Source of the DNA: Bacteroidota bacterium
GTDB taxonomy: Bacteria; Bacteroidota; Bacteroidia; Bacteroidales; JACABE01
Assembly: GCA_037133555.1 (NCBI GenBank)
Contig: JBAXNW010000004.1
Location: 13,176-77,175 of the forward strand
Reading direction: 5' to 3'
DNA: 64,000 nucleotides
Part shown: positions 33,984 to 43,901 of the stretch, piece by piece
Position numbering within the stretch: the first letter of the stretch is position 1
How the letters are laid out: each line of letters begins with the position of its first letter
Position numbers and translations under genes: made by a program
Notes under the pieces: model-generated
Seen by the model: the letters and a program-made list of their open reading frames with translations, nothing else
What the model was told of the DNA's origin: nothing
Database searches by the model: none

Positions 33984-35633
33984 CTATTTTTTGTTTTTGA
34001 TTTTCAGCAACTGACCAGGTGTAATGTTATCATTTTTATCAATATCATTCCATTCCATTAAATCGTTTACGGTAACACCTTCAAATTTTCTGGCTATTGC
34101 GGTCAGGCTTTCACCTTTTTTAACCTTATAGCTTGTTACTTTTGTCTTTTCCTTTTGTTTCTCTGTTTTTTTAGAAGTCTCAGTAGTTTTTTTTGTTTTA
34201 CTTTCTTCTTTTGAAGTGGGTTTTTTAGATTTAACTTCTTCTTTTAAACTGGTCTTTTTTACTGTTGAATCTGGTTTTGTTTCAGAATTATTTTTCATAA
34301 ACGGTTTATTTTCTTTCTTTTCTGATTTTTCTTTTTTAGTTGTATAAATAATCAGTTTCTGACCCGGCTTAATTTTTTTATTCCGCATTCGGTTCCATTC
34401 CTTGAGGGCATCAGCATCAACATTAAATTGGTTGGCAAGTTTAAAAAAAGTATCTCCTTTTTTAGCCTTATAGTTAATCCGAATAATATCATCGTTAGGG
34501 CTTACCTGCAGATAATTATGAGAAGGGGCTACTTCTGCATATCTCATCATAGACTCTTTGGTTTTGGCAGCTATGGTATCTTCCATTCCAATAAATGTAG
34601 TCACCAAATTGATTGGTAGCTTTAACGAATATGCCTCACTATTTCCGGGTATGATATCGTTCTTATATTGAGGATTCATATCTCTTAGTTGTTGTACCGG
34701 AACATTTAAAGCTTCTGAAATTTCCTTAAAATTCATATCTGCATCAACCATCACGGTATCGGTTAGGGTAGGAAAATCAATTTTTTGAGGAAAAAGGTTG
34801 TGTTCCTTATAGTAATTCATCATGTAATTGGCAGCAATAAAAGCAGGAACGTAGCTTCTTGTTTCAGCAGGCAAATAATCGTAGATTTCCCAGAAATTGG
34901 TTTTACCTTTAGAACGTTTGATGGCTTTGTTAACATTTCCCGGTCCACAGTTATAGGCAGCCAGAGCTAAGGTCCAGTCTTTGTATATTCCATATAAGTC
35001 CTTGAGGTATTTAGCAGCAGCGTAACTGGCTTTAATTGGGTCGCGGCGCTCATCCACCAAAGAATTGACCTGTAAATCATAAATTTTCCCAGTTGTATAC
35101 ATAAATTGCCACAAGCCCGAAGCCCCGACACTGGATACTGCTCTGGGATTCAATGCCGATTCGATAATTGTCAGGTATTTTAATTCCTGCGGAACGCCCT
35201 GTTGATCGAGGATTTCTTCAAAAATTGGAAAATAATACTGCGATAAGCCCAGCATTACTTTCACATTCTTGCGTTTTTTATTGACATACAATTCTATAAA
35301 AGCTTTCACTTTATCGTTGTAAGTCATGTCGATGACCGAAGGAAGCGATTGAAGGCGATGAATATAAACGGAATCAGAAAAATGAGGGATGATATCATTG
35401 AATGCATCTGCATCCTGCGACATATTTATATTCTTCGTATTTATTTTAAGTGACTGACTCACAAAGAAATTATTCAACAAACTATCCAAATTTGCCTGAA
35501 AATCTTTACTGCTGATTTTTACGGTATCAATAGGGATAGGCGACAATGTGTAATTTGCTGAAAACAAAACATTTGTCTGAATAAAAAATAAAAATAAAAT
35601 AAAAATTAACCTCACTCGCTTTACCAACATCAT
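33984..35633 (-). CDS. Membrane-bound lytic murein transglycosylase (MltD-like) with LysM repeats
   Basis: SLT catalytic block: IIESALNPRAVSSVGASGLWQFM, AYNCGPGNV. Two clear LysM repeats: YKAKKGDTFFKLANQFNVDADALKEWN and YKVKKGESLTAIARKFEGVTVNDLMEWN. A K/E/T-rich linker separates them. Confidence 0.88.
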   Translation of the reverse strand: MMLVKRVRLIFILFLFFIQTNVLFSANYTLSPIPIDTVKISSKDFQANLDSLLNNFFVSQSLKINTKNINMSQDADAFNDIIPHFSDSVYIHRLQSLPSVIDMTYNDKVKAFIELYVNKKRKNVKVMLGLSQYYFPIFEEILDQQGVPQELKYLTIIESALNPRAVSSVGASGLWQFMYTTGKIYDLQVNSLVDERRDPIKASYAAAKYLKDLYGIYKDWTLALAAYNCGPGNVNKAIKRSKGKTNFWEIYDYLPAETRSYVPAFIAANYMMNYYKEHNLFPQKIDFPTLTDTVMVDADMNFKEISEALNVPVQQLRDMNPQYKNDIIPGNSEAYSLKLPINLVTTFIGMEDTIAAKTKESMMRYAEVAPSHNYLQVSPNDDIIRINYKAKKGDTFFKLANQFNVDADALKEWNRMRNKKIKPGQKLIIYTTKKEKSEKKENKPFMKNNSETKPDSTVKKTSLKEEVKSKKPTSKEESKTKKTTETSKKTEKQKEKTKVTSYKVKKGESLTAIARKFEGVTVNDLMEWNDIDKNDNITPGQLLKIKNKK

Positions 35634-35714
35634 GCCTGCTCCCTTTTTTAAGAATTAAATAATCTTTCACCATTGTCCATTAAAATCGCATGGACTAAAG
35701 TCCTTTTAAAACAG

Positions 35715-35752
35715 ATTAATTAGCCCCAGCCTGGAGACTGGGGCTAATTAAT
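35715..35752 (-). terminator. Perfect 15-bp stem hairpin downstream of glyQS (candidate terminator or REP-like hairpin)
   Basis: ATTAATTAGCCCCAG-cctggaga-CTGGGGCTAATTAAT. On the minus strand it is followed by ctgtttt, which is only a weak T-tract. Confidence 0.4.
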
Positions 35753-35881
35753 AACATTCTTAATCTGGGCTTTAGCCCAAATCTAATTTATTTTAATTGA
35801 ACAATCGTGATAATCTTTGCAAAATAAGCAAAAATTAATAAAATAATCGGAATAAAATTCTTAAAAAAATGAAAACATCTA

Positions 35882-37405
35882 CTAAAATGATGATAATAAC
35901 ATATTCACTTCTTCAACTATTTTATCTACAGAAATCCGTTGCTGTTTCATGCTGTCACGGTCACGGATGGTTACAGTATTGTTTTCGAGGGTTTCGTTAT
36001 CTATGGTAATACAATAAGGTGTTCCTATGGCATCCTGGCGACGGTAACGTCGACCGATAGAATCTTTTTCTTCGTAAGCGCATTGGAAACTTAGTTTGAG
36101 CTTATCCATAATTTCACGGGCTTTTTCGGGTAGATTATCCTTGGCTACCAAAGGTAAAACGGCTACTTTATATGGTGCTAACATTGGAGGTAAATTCAGC
36201 ACAACGCGTTCGCTGCCATCTTCCAGTTTTTCTTCGGTAAATGCATGGCTCAATACCGCCAGAAAAGTACGGTCGAGGCCTACAGAAGTTTCAACTACAT
36301 AAGGAACATAGCTTTCGTTTAATTCAGGATCAAAATACTGCAGTTTTTTACCAGAATATTCCTGGTGTGCCTTTAAATCAAAATCGGTACGGGAATGTAT
36401 GCCTTCCAGTTCCTTAAACCCAAATGGGAATTCAAATTCAATGTCAGCAGCAGCATTGGCATAATGAGCCAATTTTTCATGGTCGTGAAAACGGTATTTA
36501 TTTTCGGGTATACCCAAGGAAAGATGCCATTTTTGACGTTCTTGTTTCCAGTATTCAAACCATTTGAGTTCTTCGCCCGGGCGAACAAAAAACTGCATTT
36601 CCATCTGTTCAAACTCCCGCATGCGGAAAATAAACTGACGTGCTACAATTTCATTACGGAATGCTTTGCCTATCTGAGCGATGCCAAAAGGAATTTTCAT
36701 CCTGCCTGATTTTTGGACATTGAGAAAGTTTACAAAAATACCCTGAGCTGTTTCAGGACGCAAATAAACCTGGCCTGCATCTTCGCTTACCGAACCCATC
36801 TGGGTAGAAAACATCAGGTTGAACTGGCGGACATCTGTCCAATTGCGACTGCCCGAAACAGGGCATACAATTCCGAGTTCTTCAATCAAAGCTTTGACAT
36901 CGGCAAAATCTTCTTTCCCTAGTGCTGCATAAAAACGTTGGTTGATTGTATCTATCTTTTGCTGGTATTCTACTACCCGAGGATTCGTGCTTAAATATTG
37001 TTGTTCGTCAAAAGTTTCTCCAAAACGTTTGGCTGCTTTTTCGACTTCTTTTATGATTTTATCCTGAATTTTAGCTACGTGATCTTCAATCAGAACATCG
37101 GCACGGTAGCGTTTTTTGGAATCCTTGTTGTCAATCAGCGGATCGCTGAATGCATCCACATGTCCGCTGGCCTTCCATATAGTTGGGTGCATAAAAATAG
37201 CCGTATCAATCCCAACGATGTTTTCGTGAAATTGAACCATTGCTTTCCACCAATAAGCTTTGATATTGTTTTTAAGTTCTACCCCATTCTGACCGTAATC
37301 ATAAACAGCCGCCATACCGTCGTAGATCTCGCTCGACGGAAAAATAAACCCATACTCCTTGGCATGAGCTATAATCTTTTTAAAAATATCTTCGTTGTTT
37401 GCCAT
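35882..37405 (-). CDS. glyQS: Glycine--tRNA ligase (dimeric class II type)
   Basis: Typical GlyRS blocks: GFIFPSSEIYDG, LRPETAQGIFVNF, IGKAFRNEI, GLDR. Start set at MANNEDIF (ATG 37405), which has a CAAAAATA (-7 motif, reverse strand) 5 nt upstream. Confidence 0.92.
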   Translation of the reverse strand: MANNEDIFKKIIAHAKEYGFIFPSSEIYDGMAAVYDYGQNGVELKNNIKAYWWKAMVQFHENIVGIDTAIFMHPTIWKASGHVDAFSDPLIDNKDSKKRYRADVLIEDHVAKIQDKIIKEVEKAAKRFGETFDEQQYLSTNPRVVEYQQKIDTINQRFYAALGKEDFADVKALIEELGIVCPVSGSRNWTDVRQFNLMFSTQMGSVSEDAGQVYLRPETAQGIFVNFLNVQKSGRMKIPFGIAQIGKAFRNEIVARQFIFRMREFEQMEMQFFVRPGEELKWFEYWKQERQKWHLSLGIPENKYRFHDHEKLAHYANAAADIEFEFPFGFKELEGIHSRTDFDLKAHQEYSGKKLQYFDPELNESYVPYVVETSVGLDRTFLAVLSHAFTEEKLEDGSERVVLNLPPMLAPYKVAVLPLVAKDNLPEKAREIMDKLKLSFQCAYEEKDSIGRRYRRQDAIGTPYCITIDNETLENNTVTIRDRDSMKQQRISVDKIVEEVNMLLSSF

Positions 37406-37409
37406 GCTG

Positions 37410-37417
37410 CAAAAATA
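37410..37417 (-). promoter_or_regulatory. -7 promoter motif for glyQS (reverse strand)
   Basis: The plus strand reads CAAAAATA, the reverse complement of TATTTTTG. It lies 4 nt from start codon 37403..37405. Confidence 0.45.
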
Positions 37418-37428
37418 CAAAAAAAAAT

Positions 37429-37465
37429 GATTTGGCGATTTGGAGCTTAGGTGATTTAGCGATTT
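37429..37465 (+). repeat. Octamer array (GATTTGGC/GATTTGGA/GATTTAGC family)
   Basis: gatttggcgatttggagcttaggtgatttagcgattt, upstream of the glyQS start. Confidence 0.85.
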
Positions 37466-37524
37466 TTATAAAATTCTAATCATTAAAGCTATTTGTTTTT
37501 TTATTAAATAGCTAAAAAAAATAT

Positions 37525-37532
37525 TACTTTTG
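37525..37532 (+). promoter_or_regulatory. -7 promoter motif for hicBA
   Basis: TACTTTTG, 15 nt upstream of ATG 37547. Confidence 0.5.
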
Positions 37533-37546
37533 TAAAAAACAGTAGA

Positions 37547-37774
37547 ATGAAAAATGCAGAATTAACTATAATAGTCCAGAAAGATTTAGAAAGTGGTTGG
37601 TTTGTGGGACAAATTGAAGAATTCCCTGCAGCAATTTCTCAGGGGAAAACCATTGACGAATTAGAAGAAAACCTCAAAGCTGCTTTAAAATTATTGCTTG
37701 AAGTACAAAAAGAAGATTTAAGAAAAGATTATGCCAGTAAAAAAATAACAAAGCGCAAATTGCAATTTGCATAA
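37547..37774 (+). CDS. hicB: HicB-family antitoxin (short form)
   Basis: 75 aa. ..SGWFVGQIEEFPAAISQGKTIDELEENLKAAL.. is typical of the HicB N-terminal fold. Overlaps the hicA start by 1 nt (TAATG). Confidence 0.7.
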   Translation: MKNAELTIIVQKDLESGWFVGQIEEFPAAISQGKTIDELEENLKAALKLLLEVQKEDLRKDYASKKITKRKLQFA

Positions 37775-37968
37775 TGAAACGAATAGATTTCGAAAAACAT
37801 TTAAAACGCAATGATTGCCTAAATTATAGAGAAGGAGGTAACCATTCTATATGGGTCAATAAGATGAACAATAAACACACAAGTATTCCCCGCCACAACG
37901 AATTGTCTAATATTACGTGTAAACTAATTTGTAAGCAATTAGAAATTCCTCAACCTGATAAATTTTAA
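37774..37968 (+). CDS. hicA: HicA-family mRNA-interferase toxin
   Basis: 64 aa. Pattern GGNHSIWVN..TSIPRHNELSNITCKLICKQLEI matches the HicA pattern G-x-H...IP-x-H..E..G....I.KQ. Confidence 0.78.
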   Translation: MKRIDFEKHLKRNDCLNYREGGNHSIWVNKMNNKHTSIPRHNELSNITCKLICKQLEIPQPDKF

Positions 37969-38151
37969 AAAAAGTAAAGAATCAACCTCAACGAAAACTT
38001 ATCGTTTATTTAATAGCATTGAAATAAATAATTCAAGAAAAAGATTCAACACTAAACACTTAGAAATTCATTCACGAACAATCAATTATTCATTCTCATC
38101 ATTGCCAGCCTAAAATTCTCGTTTCCCTTATTCTGATTTCTATAAAATCAC

Positions 38152-38159
38152 TACCTTTG
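38152..38159 (+). promoter_or_regulatory. -7 promoter motif for the DUF3109-like gene
   Basis: TACCTTTG, 5 nt upstream of ATG 38164, giving a near-leaderless transcript. Confidence 0.5.
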
Positions 38160-38163
38160 CAGC

Positions 38164-38721
38164 ATGATTTCTATTGACAATACTATAATATCCGACGACC
38201 TGAATGCGGTTTGCTTTGTATGCGATTTAAAGAAATGCAAAGGCGCCTGTTGTATTGAAGGTGATGCCGGTGCACCTCTGGATGCAGAAGAAGTCAGCAT
38301 ACTGGAAGATGCAATTGAAGTAATTAAGCCTTATATGAGGACAGAAGGCATTGCTGTTGTGAATGAAATTGGCGTTTTCGAAATGGATGCCTGGGGAAAT
38401 ATGGTTACACCTTTGGTAAACCAGCGTGAATGTGCTTTTGTTTATTTTGAAGATGAGATTGCTTTTTGTGCCATCGAAAAAGCCTGGGAACAGCAAAAAC
38501 TGAAATTCCAGAAACCCATTTCCTGCCATTTGTATCCCGTAAGAATCAATCATTACAATGATTTTGATGCAGTCAACTACCAACATTGGCACATCTGCGA
38601 AAAAGCATTGGTCAATGGCAAAAGATTAAACGTAAAAGTTTATGAATTTCTCAAAGAGCCTTTGATTAGGAAATACGGAATGAAGTGGTACATAGAATTG
38701 GGAAAGAGCTATAAACAGTAA
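38164..38721 (+). CDS. Cys-rich conserved hypothetical protein (DUF3109-like)
   Basis: 185 aa. CFVCDLKKCKGACCIEGDAGAPL plus later Cys residues. TACCTTTG -7 motif 5 nt upstream of the ATG. Confidence 0.7.
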   Translation: MISIDNTIISDDLNAVCFVCDLKKCKGACCIEGDAGAPLDAEEVSILEDAIEVIKPYMRTEGIAVVNEIGVFEMDAWGNMVTPLVNQRECAFVYFEDEIAFCAIEKAWEQQKLKFQKPISCHLYPVRINHYNDFDAVNYQHWHICEKALVNGKRLNVKVYEFLKEPLIRKYGMKWYIELGKSYKQ

Positions 38722-38810
38722 TCAGTAAAATCCTTACATCTAAATTTCATAATATCCTTGAACATAATTAGTCGCTTTTCGGTAAATAGTTTTTTTAATA
38801 TTGTCAGAGA

Positions 38811-39055
38811 AATAAGGCAATAAGGTTTAATTTGCTATTTTCGCATTTTCTACTAAGGTTTAATTTCGTAGGGTATAATTCCTCAAAGCACTGCTTCGAA
38901 AGCAAAATGTTTTCAGTTAATCCTTCTTCCTTCTGCTACGAAGTAGTTTACTTAAATATTTTTTTACGAATTATTAATTAATTAGCTAATTTACAGCTCC
39001 TTATTTTATTTTCACAACCTTAGTAGAAAAAAATCCCACGCAAACAAACCTTATT
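38811..39055. mobile_element. MITE-like nested inverted-repeat element, copy 2 (~245 bp)
   Basis: Outer inverted repeat: AATAAGGCAATAAGGTTTAATT (38811) and AAACCTTATT (39046). The same inner 15-bp inverted repeat sits at 38846..38860 and 39016..39030. The interior differs from copy 1 apart from an ACGAAT..ATTAATT..TTTACAG block. Confidence 0.6.
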
Positions 39056-39059
39056 ACTT

Positions 39060-39329
39060 TTATAGAATTGGGAAGTAAATCAAATATAAAAACAGCGATA
39101 TCCAAGCAATCAATATCAGATAACTGACAAAAAAATAAGAAATTTTTCTGTTTTTGTGATGCAATCCGTACATTAACAACAGTATACAAAAAATTCCACC
39201 AAACAGCTCAAGGAGATGAAGCGTTGTTTCGGGAACACGATAGCGTTTTCTAACAGCATTCCGCTTATCGGTATAAAACACAAATGCTGACAGTATATTT
39301 ATTACAATTAAATAATAGACTATCAGCAT
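39060..39329 (-). CDS. DUF1294-family small membrane protein
   Basis: Block YTDKRNAVRKRYRVPETTLHLLELFGG. Start moved to MLIVYYL.. because the 22 upstream codons of the track ORF are encoded by an 18-bp tandem repeat. Confidence 0.7.
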   Translation of the reverse strand: MLIVYYLIVINILSAFVFYTDKRNAVRKRYRVPETTLHLLELFGGIFCILLLMYGLHHKNRKISYFFVSYLILIAWISLFLYLIYFPIL

Positions 39330-39341
39330 ATTGTTTTTATA

Positions 39342-39385
39342 AGTACTTAGAGTATTTAAAGTACTTAGAGTGCCTAAAGTACTTA
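39342..39385. repeat. 18-bp tandem repeat (AGTACTTAGAGTnnnnAA), about 2.5 units
   Basis: agtacttagagt at 39342 and 39360. agtactta at 39378. Confidence 0.85.
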
Positions 39386-39421
39386 ATTTAATCATTAACT
39401 AACGTAAGTGTGTTAAACTTA

Positions 39422-39451
39422 AAATCACCAAATCACTAATTCTCCAAATCC
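39422..39451 (-). repeat. Octamer-type array (reverse complement of the GATTTGGT/GATTTGGA family) spanning the secA stop codon
   Basis: aaatcaccaaatcactaattctccaaatcc. The secA stop (39436..39438) and its last 4 codons lie inside it. Confidence 0.75.
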
Positions 39452-42400
39452 TTCCCATGGCATTGTTTGAATTTCTTACCGCTTCCACAAGGGCATGGGT
39501 CGTTGCGGCCTACTTTTTTCTCAACCCTGATAGGTTGCACTTTTTCGTCACTTTGAGTTCGGTTGCCAGTTGGTAATTGTTCGTCTCGGCTGGTTTTTAA
39601 CCTGCTCAGATCGGTATGAGGCATTTTAGCTTCTTTTACATTGGAAGAATCATTGATAGGTAATTTTCCCAGGCATAAAAACGAGCTAATTTCCTTGTTG
39701 ATATTCTGAATCATTGTTTTAAACAATTCAAAAGATTCAAATTTGTAAATCAACAAGGGATCTTTTTGTTCGTAAGTGGCATTCTGAACAGATTGTTTCA
39801 ACTCGTCCATTTCGCGGAGTTGTTCCTTCCAGGCATCGTCAATCAATGCAAGGGTAAGGCTTTTTTCGACAGCTACAATTAATTCTTTTCCTTTTGTATC
39901 GAAGCATTTTTTGATAGGAGCCACAATATTTAAAGTTTTCTTACCATCGGTAATCGGAATGGCTATATTTTCGTAACGGTTGCTGTTGTTTTCATAAACA
40001 TCTTTAATTACCGGAAATGCTTGTTCGGCCATCAATATAGATTTGTTGTGATAAGATTGATAAACTTCATTAAAAACCATATCCGACATTTCTTCCACCT
40101 TGGCATTAAAGAATTCTTTCTGGTTAATGGGAGATTCAACACCGAAAGTTCTGATCAATTCAAGGTTGAAGCCATCAAAATCTCTCGACTCGATATGATC
40201 GTGAATAATGCTTTCGCTAACATCGAACATCATATTCGAAATATCAATTGGCAAGCGATCACCATACAATGCATTGCGACGTTTTTTATAGATTACTTCA
40301 CGTTGTGAGTTCATGACATCATCGTATTCGAGCAATCGTTTACGAACGCCAAAGTTATTTTCTTCTACCTTTTTCTGAGCTCTTTCGATAGATTTGGTAA
40401 TCATGGAATGCTGAATCACTTCACCTTCCTTCAAACCTAAACGATCCATTACACTTGCAATACGGGCAGAACCGAACAAACGCATCAGATCATCTTCCAG
40501 TGATACAAAAAACTGGGTACTTCCTGGATCTCCCTGACGTCCGGCACGACCACGCAACTGACGGTCGACACGACGGGATTCGTGACGTTCGGTACCTACA
40601 ATGGCCAAACCACCGGCTTCTTTTACACCAGGCCCTAATTTTATATCAGTACCACGACCCGCCATATTGGTGGCAATGGTAACAGTTCCAGCTATACCAG
40701 CTTCGGCAACAATATCGGCTTCTTTTTTATGCAGTTTTGCATTCAGCACATTGTGACGGATGTTGCGCATTTTTAGCGACCTGCTAAGCAATTCCGAGAT
40801 TTCAACAGAAGTAGTCCCAACCAAAACTGGTCTTCCAATGTTTACAAGGTTTTGAATTTCTTCAATTACTGCATTGTATTTTTCTTTCTTGGTTTTGTAC
40901 ACAAGATCTTCCCAATCCTTACGTACAATTGGACGATTGGTAGGAATTACAACTACATCTAATTTATAAATATCCCATAATTCGCCAGCTTCCGTTTCGG
41001 CAGTACCGGTCATACCTGCTAGCTTGCTATACATTCTGAAATAATTCTGTAAGGTAATGGTAGCATAGGTTTGCGTGGCAGCTTCTACTTTTACATTTTC
41101 CTTGGCTTCAATCGCCTGGTGCAAACCATCAGAATAACGACGGCCTTCCATAATACGACCTGTTTGCTCATCTACTATCTTAATTTTGTTGTCGATAATA
41201 ACGTATTCAACGTCCAGTTCAAACAAGGTATAAGCTTTCAATAACTGATTGACGGTATGTACCCTATCGGACTGTATGGCATAGGTACGTAAAATTTCGG
41301 CTTTCTTTTCAACTTTTGCTGAAGGGTTTAGATTCAATTTTTCGAGTTCAGCAATCTCAGCACCTACATCAGGAAGTATGTAAAACTTTGCTTCTTCGGC
41401 ATCGCTCGAAACATAATCAATACCCTTGTCGGTTAGGTCGATGGTATTGTTTTTTTCGTCAATCACAAAAAACAGCTCATCATCGATAATGTGCATATTT
41501 TTAGATTGTTCTGCCATGTAAAAGTTTTCGGTTTTCTGCAACAAGGCTTTCATACCCGGTTCACTTAAGAACTTAATAAGAGCCTTGTTTTTGGGTAAAC
41601 CCCTGTGAGAACGGAACAATAATTCGCCCCCTTTTTTCTCGTTTTCAGAACTTGGATTGTCGTTTAATAACTTTTTGGAATCGGCTAATAATTGAGTAAC
41701 CAAATTACGTTGCGCATTGTAAATCTTTAAAATATTGGGTTTCAATACTTCAAATTCCTGGTTATCGCCTTTGGGCGTGGGACCTGAAATAATTAAAGGA
41801 GTACGCGCATCATCAATCAACACAGAATCTACCTCATCTACAATGGAATAATTGTGTTTACGTTGCACCAACTCTTCAACATTGCGGGCCATATTGTCGC
41901 GCAGGTAATCAAAACCAAATTCGTTATTGGTACCATAGGTGATATCGGCTAGGTAAGCATTTTTACGACTTTCTGAATTAGGTTCGTGTCTGTCGATGCA
42001 ATCCACTTTCATGCCGTGAAATTCAAACAACATGCCCATCCATTCCGAGTCACGTTTGGCAAGATAATCATTGACAGTAACCAGATGCACGCCTTTTCCA
42101 GGCAAGGCATTCAGGTAAACAGGCAAAGTAGCTACCAGGGTTTTTCCTTCACCTGTGGCCATTTCGGCAATTTTACCTGAGTGCAATACGATACCACCTA
42201 TCAGCTGCACATCGTAATGTATCATATCCCAGGTTATCATGGTTCCACCTGCCGACCATTTATTGTCGTAATACGCTTTATCACCAACAATATTTACACT
42301 GTCGCGTTTGGTAGCCAGCTCCCTGTCCCAGGGCATAATACTTACTTCAACTTTTTCGTTTTCGGTAAAACGTTTGGCTGTTTCTTTTACAACTGAAAAA

Positions 42401-42732
42401 GCTTCAGGAAGGATTTCATATAATATTTCCTGAATTTTATCATATTCCAGTTTCTCAAGCTTGTCAATCTGCTGATACAATAATTCTTTTTCATCTACAT
42501 CCATATCAATTTCCAGCTCAATCCGCTCTTTGTTCTCAGCTACCTGAGTTCTTTCTTCGGCTACATATTCCGAAATACGGTCTTTGAATTCCTGAGTTTT
42601 GGCTCTTAATTCATCGTTGCTGAGCAGTGTAATGGATTGATAGGCAGTCTTGGTCGCCTCTAATAAGGGCGTAATTTCTTTTATATCTCTTTGGGATTTA
42701 TTTCCGAATAATTTACTAAACGATTTAAACAT
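39436..42732 (-). CDS. secA: Preprotein translocase ATPase SecA
   Basis: 1098 aa. Blocks: [44 protein letters not shown]-terminal zinc motif: [14 protein letters not shown]. Confidence 0.97.
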   Translation of the reverse strand: MFKSFSKLFGNKSQRDIKEITPLLEATKTAYQSITLLSNDELRAKTQEFKDRISEYVAEERTQVAENKERIELEIDMDVDEKELLYQQIDKLEKLEYDKIQEILYEILPEAFSVVKETAKRFTENEKVEVSIMPWDRELATKRDSVNIVGDKAYYDNKWSAGGTMITWDMIHYDVQLIGGIVLHSGKIAEMATGEGKTLVATLPVYLNALPGKGVHLVTVNDYLAKRDSEWMGMLFEFHGMKVDCIDRHEPNSESRKNAYLADITYGTNNEFGFDYLRDNMARNVEELVQRKHNYSIVDEVDSVLIDDARTPLIISGPTPKGDNQEFEVLKPNILKIYNAQRNLVTQLLADSKKLLNDNPSSENEKKGGELLFRSHRGLPKNKALIKFLSEPGMKALLQKTENFYMAEQSKNMHIIDDELFFVIDEKNNTIDLTDKGIDYVSSDAEEAKFYILPDVGAEIAELEKLNLNPSAKVEKKAEILRTYAIQSDRVHTVNQLLKAYTLFELDVEYVIIDNKIKIVDEQTGRIMEGRRYSDGLHQAIEAKENVKVEAATQTYATITLQNYFRMYSKLAGMTGTAETEAGELWDIYKLDVVVIPTNRPIVRKDWEDLVYKTKKEKYNAVIEEIQNLVNIGRPVLVGTTSVEISELLSRSLKMRNIRHNVLNAKLHKKEADIVAEAGIAGTVTIATNMAGRGTDIKLGPGVKEAGGLAIVGTERHESRRVDRQLRGRAGRQGDPGSTQFFVSLEDDLMRLFGSARIASVMDRLGLKEGEVIQHSMITKSIERAQKKVEENNFGVRKRLLEYDDVMNSQREVIYKKRRNALYGDRLPIDISNMMFDVSESIIHDHIESRDFDGFNLELIRTFGVESPINQKEFFNAKVEEMSDMVFNEVYQSYHNKSILMAEQAFPVIKDVYENNSNRYENIAIPITDGKKTLNIVAPIKKCFDTKGKELIVAVEKSLTLALIDDAWKEQLREMDELKQSVQNATYEQKDPLLIYKFESFELFKTMIQNINKEISSFLCLGKLPINDSSNVKEAKMPHTDLSRLKTSRDEQLPTGNRTQSDEKVQPIRVEKKVGRNDPCPCGSGKKFKQCHGKDLEN

Positions 42733-42903
42733 AGTAAGTGTAAAATTATAAAGTTAATAGAGTGAACAGTTTGAAAAAAGAAGCTATTAAAATAAGGTTA
42801 TGTGTTCAAAATCTTATTATAGCTATATAAAGCAAAATTAACCTAAATATTGCAATCAGCATTCTTTTTTAATAAAATTAAATAGAAAGTCGGCTTATTA
42901 TTG

Positions 42904-42937
42904 TAAAAAAAACCGTCTCACAATAGCAAAACGGTTT
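42904..42937 (-). terminator. Rho-independent terminator of the DUF2795 gene
   Basis: Minus strand reads AAACCGT-tttgctattgtgag-ACGGTTT followed by TTTTT. It begins 8 nt after the stop codon. Confidence 0.55.
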
Positions 42938-42944
42938 ATTATTT

Positions 42945-43166
42945 TTAATATTCATCTTCATGAAAGAAGAAGTCATCCTTGGTAGGATAATCGGGCCATA
43001 AATCATCGATACTTTCGTAAATTTCTCCTTCATCTTCAATTTCCCGAAGGTTTTCAATCACTTCCTGTGGAGCACCGGATCTGAGCGCATAATCAGTTAA
43101 CTCTTCTTTGGTTGCGGGCCAAGGAGCGTCTTCAAGCTTTGATGCTAATTCTAATGTCCAATACAT
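42945..43166 (-). CDS. DUF2795-family small protein
   Basis: 73 aa. WPATKEELTDYALRSGAPQEVIENL is typical of DUF2795. Followed by a hairpin + T-tract terminator. Confidence 0.75.
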   Translation of the reverse strand: MYWTLELASKLEDAPWPATKEELTDYALRSGAPQEVIENLREIEDEGEIYESIDDLWPDYPTKDDFFFHEDEY

Positions 43167-43292
43167 ATTACGAAAATTTTAGGTTAGTTATTTTTTGCAA
43201 AAGTAATTTATTTTTTGATTAAACAATTTTTATTTTTATTAAAAAAAAATATTTGTTAAATCTCGGGAAATAAAGCTATTAAAAACGCAGTT

Positions 43293-43853
43293 TTAAAATC
43301 TTGCTTTCCAAACTTCTTCTTTGGCTCCAAAATCTTTGGATATTTTTCGGGCAAGGACAAATAAATAATCCGATAAACGGTTTAAATATTTGATCACCAA
43401 AGGAGAAACTGCATTGGTTTCAGCTAATCTAATCGTGATTCTTTCGGCCCTGCGGCAGATGCAACGTGCAACATGACAATGAGATACAACCACATGCCCA
43501 CCTGGAAGTATAAAAGAATGAAGGGGTAGCAATGCTTCGTTCATGCTATCCATTTCGTTTTCAAGCAATAAAATATCTGCTTCAAAAATTTGAGGTAATG
43601 CTTTATGAGAGGTTTCAGTATCTTCTGCCAATAGTGATTCCAGGGTAAAAAGCCGATCCTGAATTTCGAGCAGCATTTCTTTATAATGTTCATTTATCTG
43701 CTGATCCCGTATCAGCCCAATGTATGAATTGAGTTCATCCACAGTTCCATAGGCCTCAATCCGTTCGTGGTACTTAGGCACTCTTTTTCCACCTATCAAA
43801 GAGGTTTCGCCTTTATCGCCGGTTTTGGTGTATATTTTCCATTCTTCTGCCAT
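43293..43853 (-). CDS. ATP:cob(I)alamin adenosyltransferase, PduO/MMAB type
   Basis: N-terminal KIYTKTGDKGETSL, plus EAYGTVDELNSYIGL and YLNRLSDYLFVLAR. Confidence 0.88.
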   Translation of the reverse strand: MAEEWKIYTKTGDKGETSLIGGKRVPKYHERIEAYGTVDELNSYIGLIRDQQINEHYKEMLLEIQDRLFTLESLLAEDTETSHKALPQIFEADILLLENEMDSMNEALLPLHSFILPGGHVVVSHCHVARCICRRAERITIRLAETNAVSPLVIKYLNRLSDYLFVLARKISKDFGAKEEVWKARF

Positions 43854-43864
43854 TGCCAGATGTT

Positions 43865-43892
43865 GGTTATTGGTTATTGGTTAATGGTTATT
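43865..43892 (+). repeat. Heptamer array (GGTTATT x2, GGTTAAT, GGTTATT)
   Basis: Lies between the adenosyltransferase start and the ABC ATPase stop. Confidence 0.88.
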
Positions 43893-43901
43893 GACCACTG
43901 A

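Noticed and set aside
39001-39189. A 62-aa ORF on the minus strand overlapping MITE-like copy 2 and the DUF1294 gene end.
   Set aside because: It lies in a different frame overlapping a supported gene, and part of it is encoded by the inverted-repeat element.
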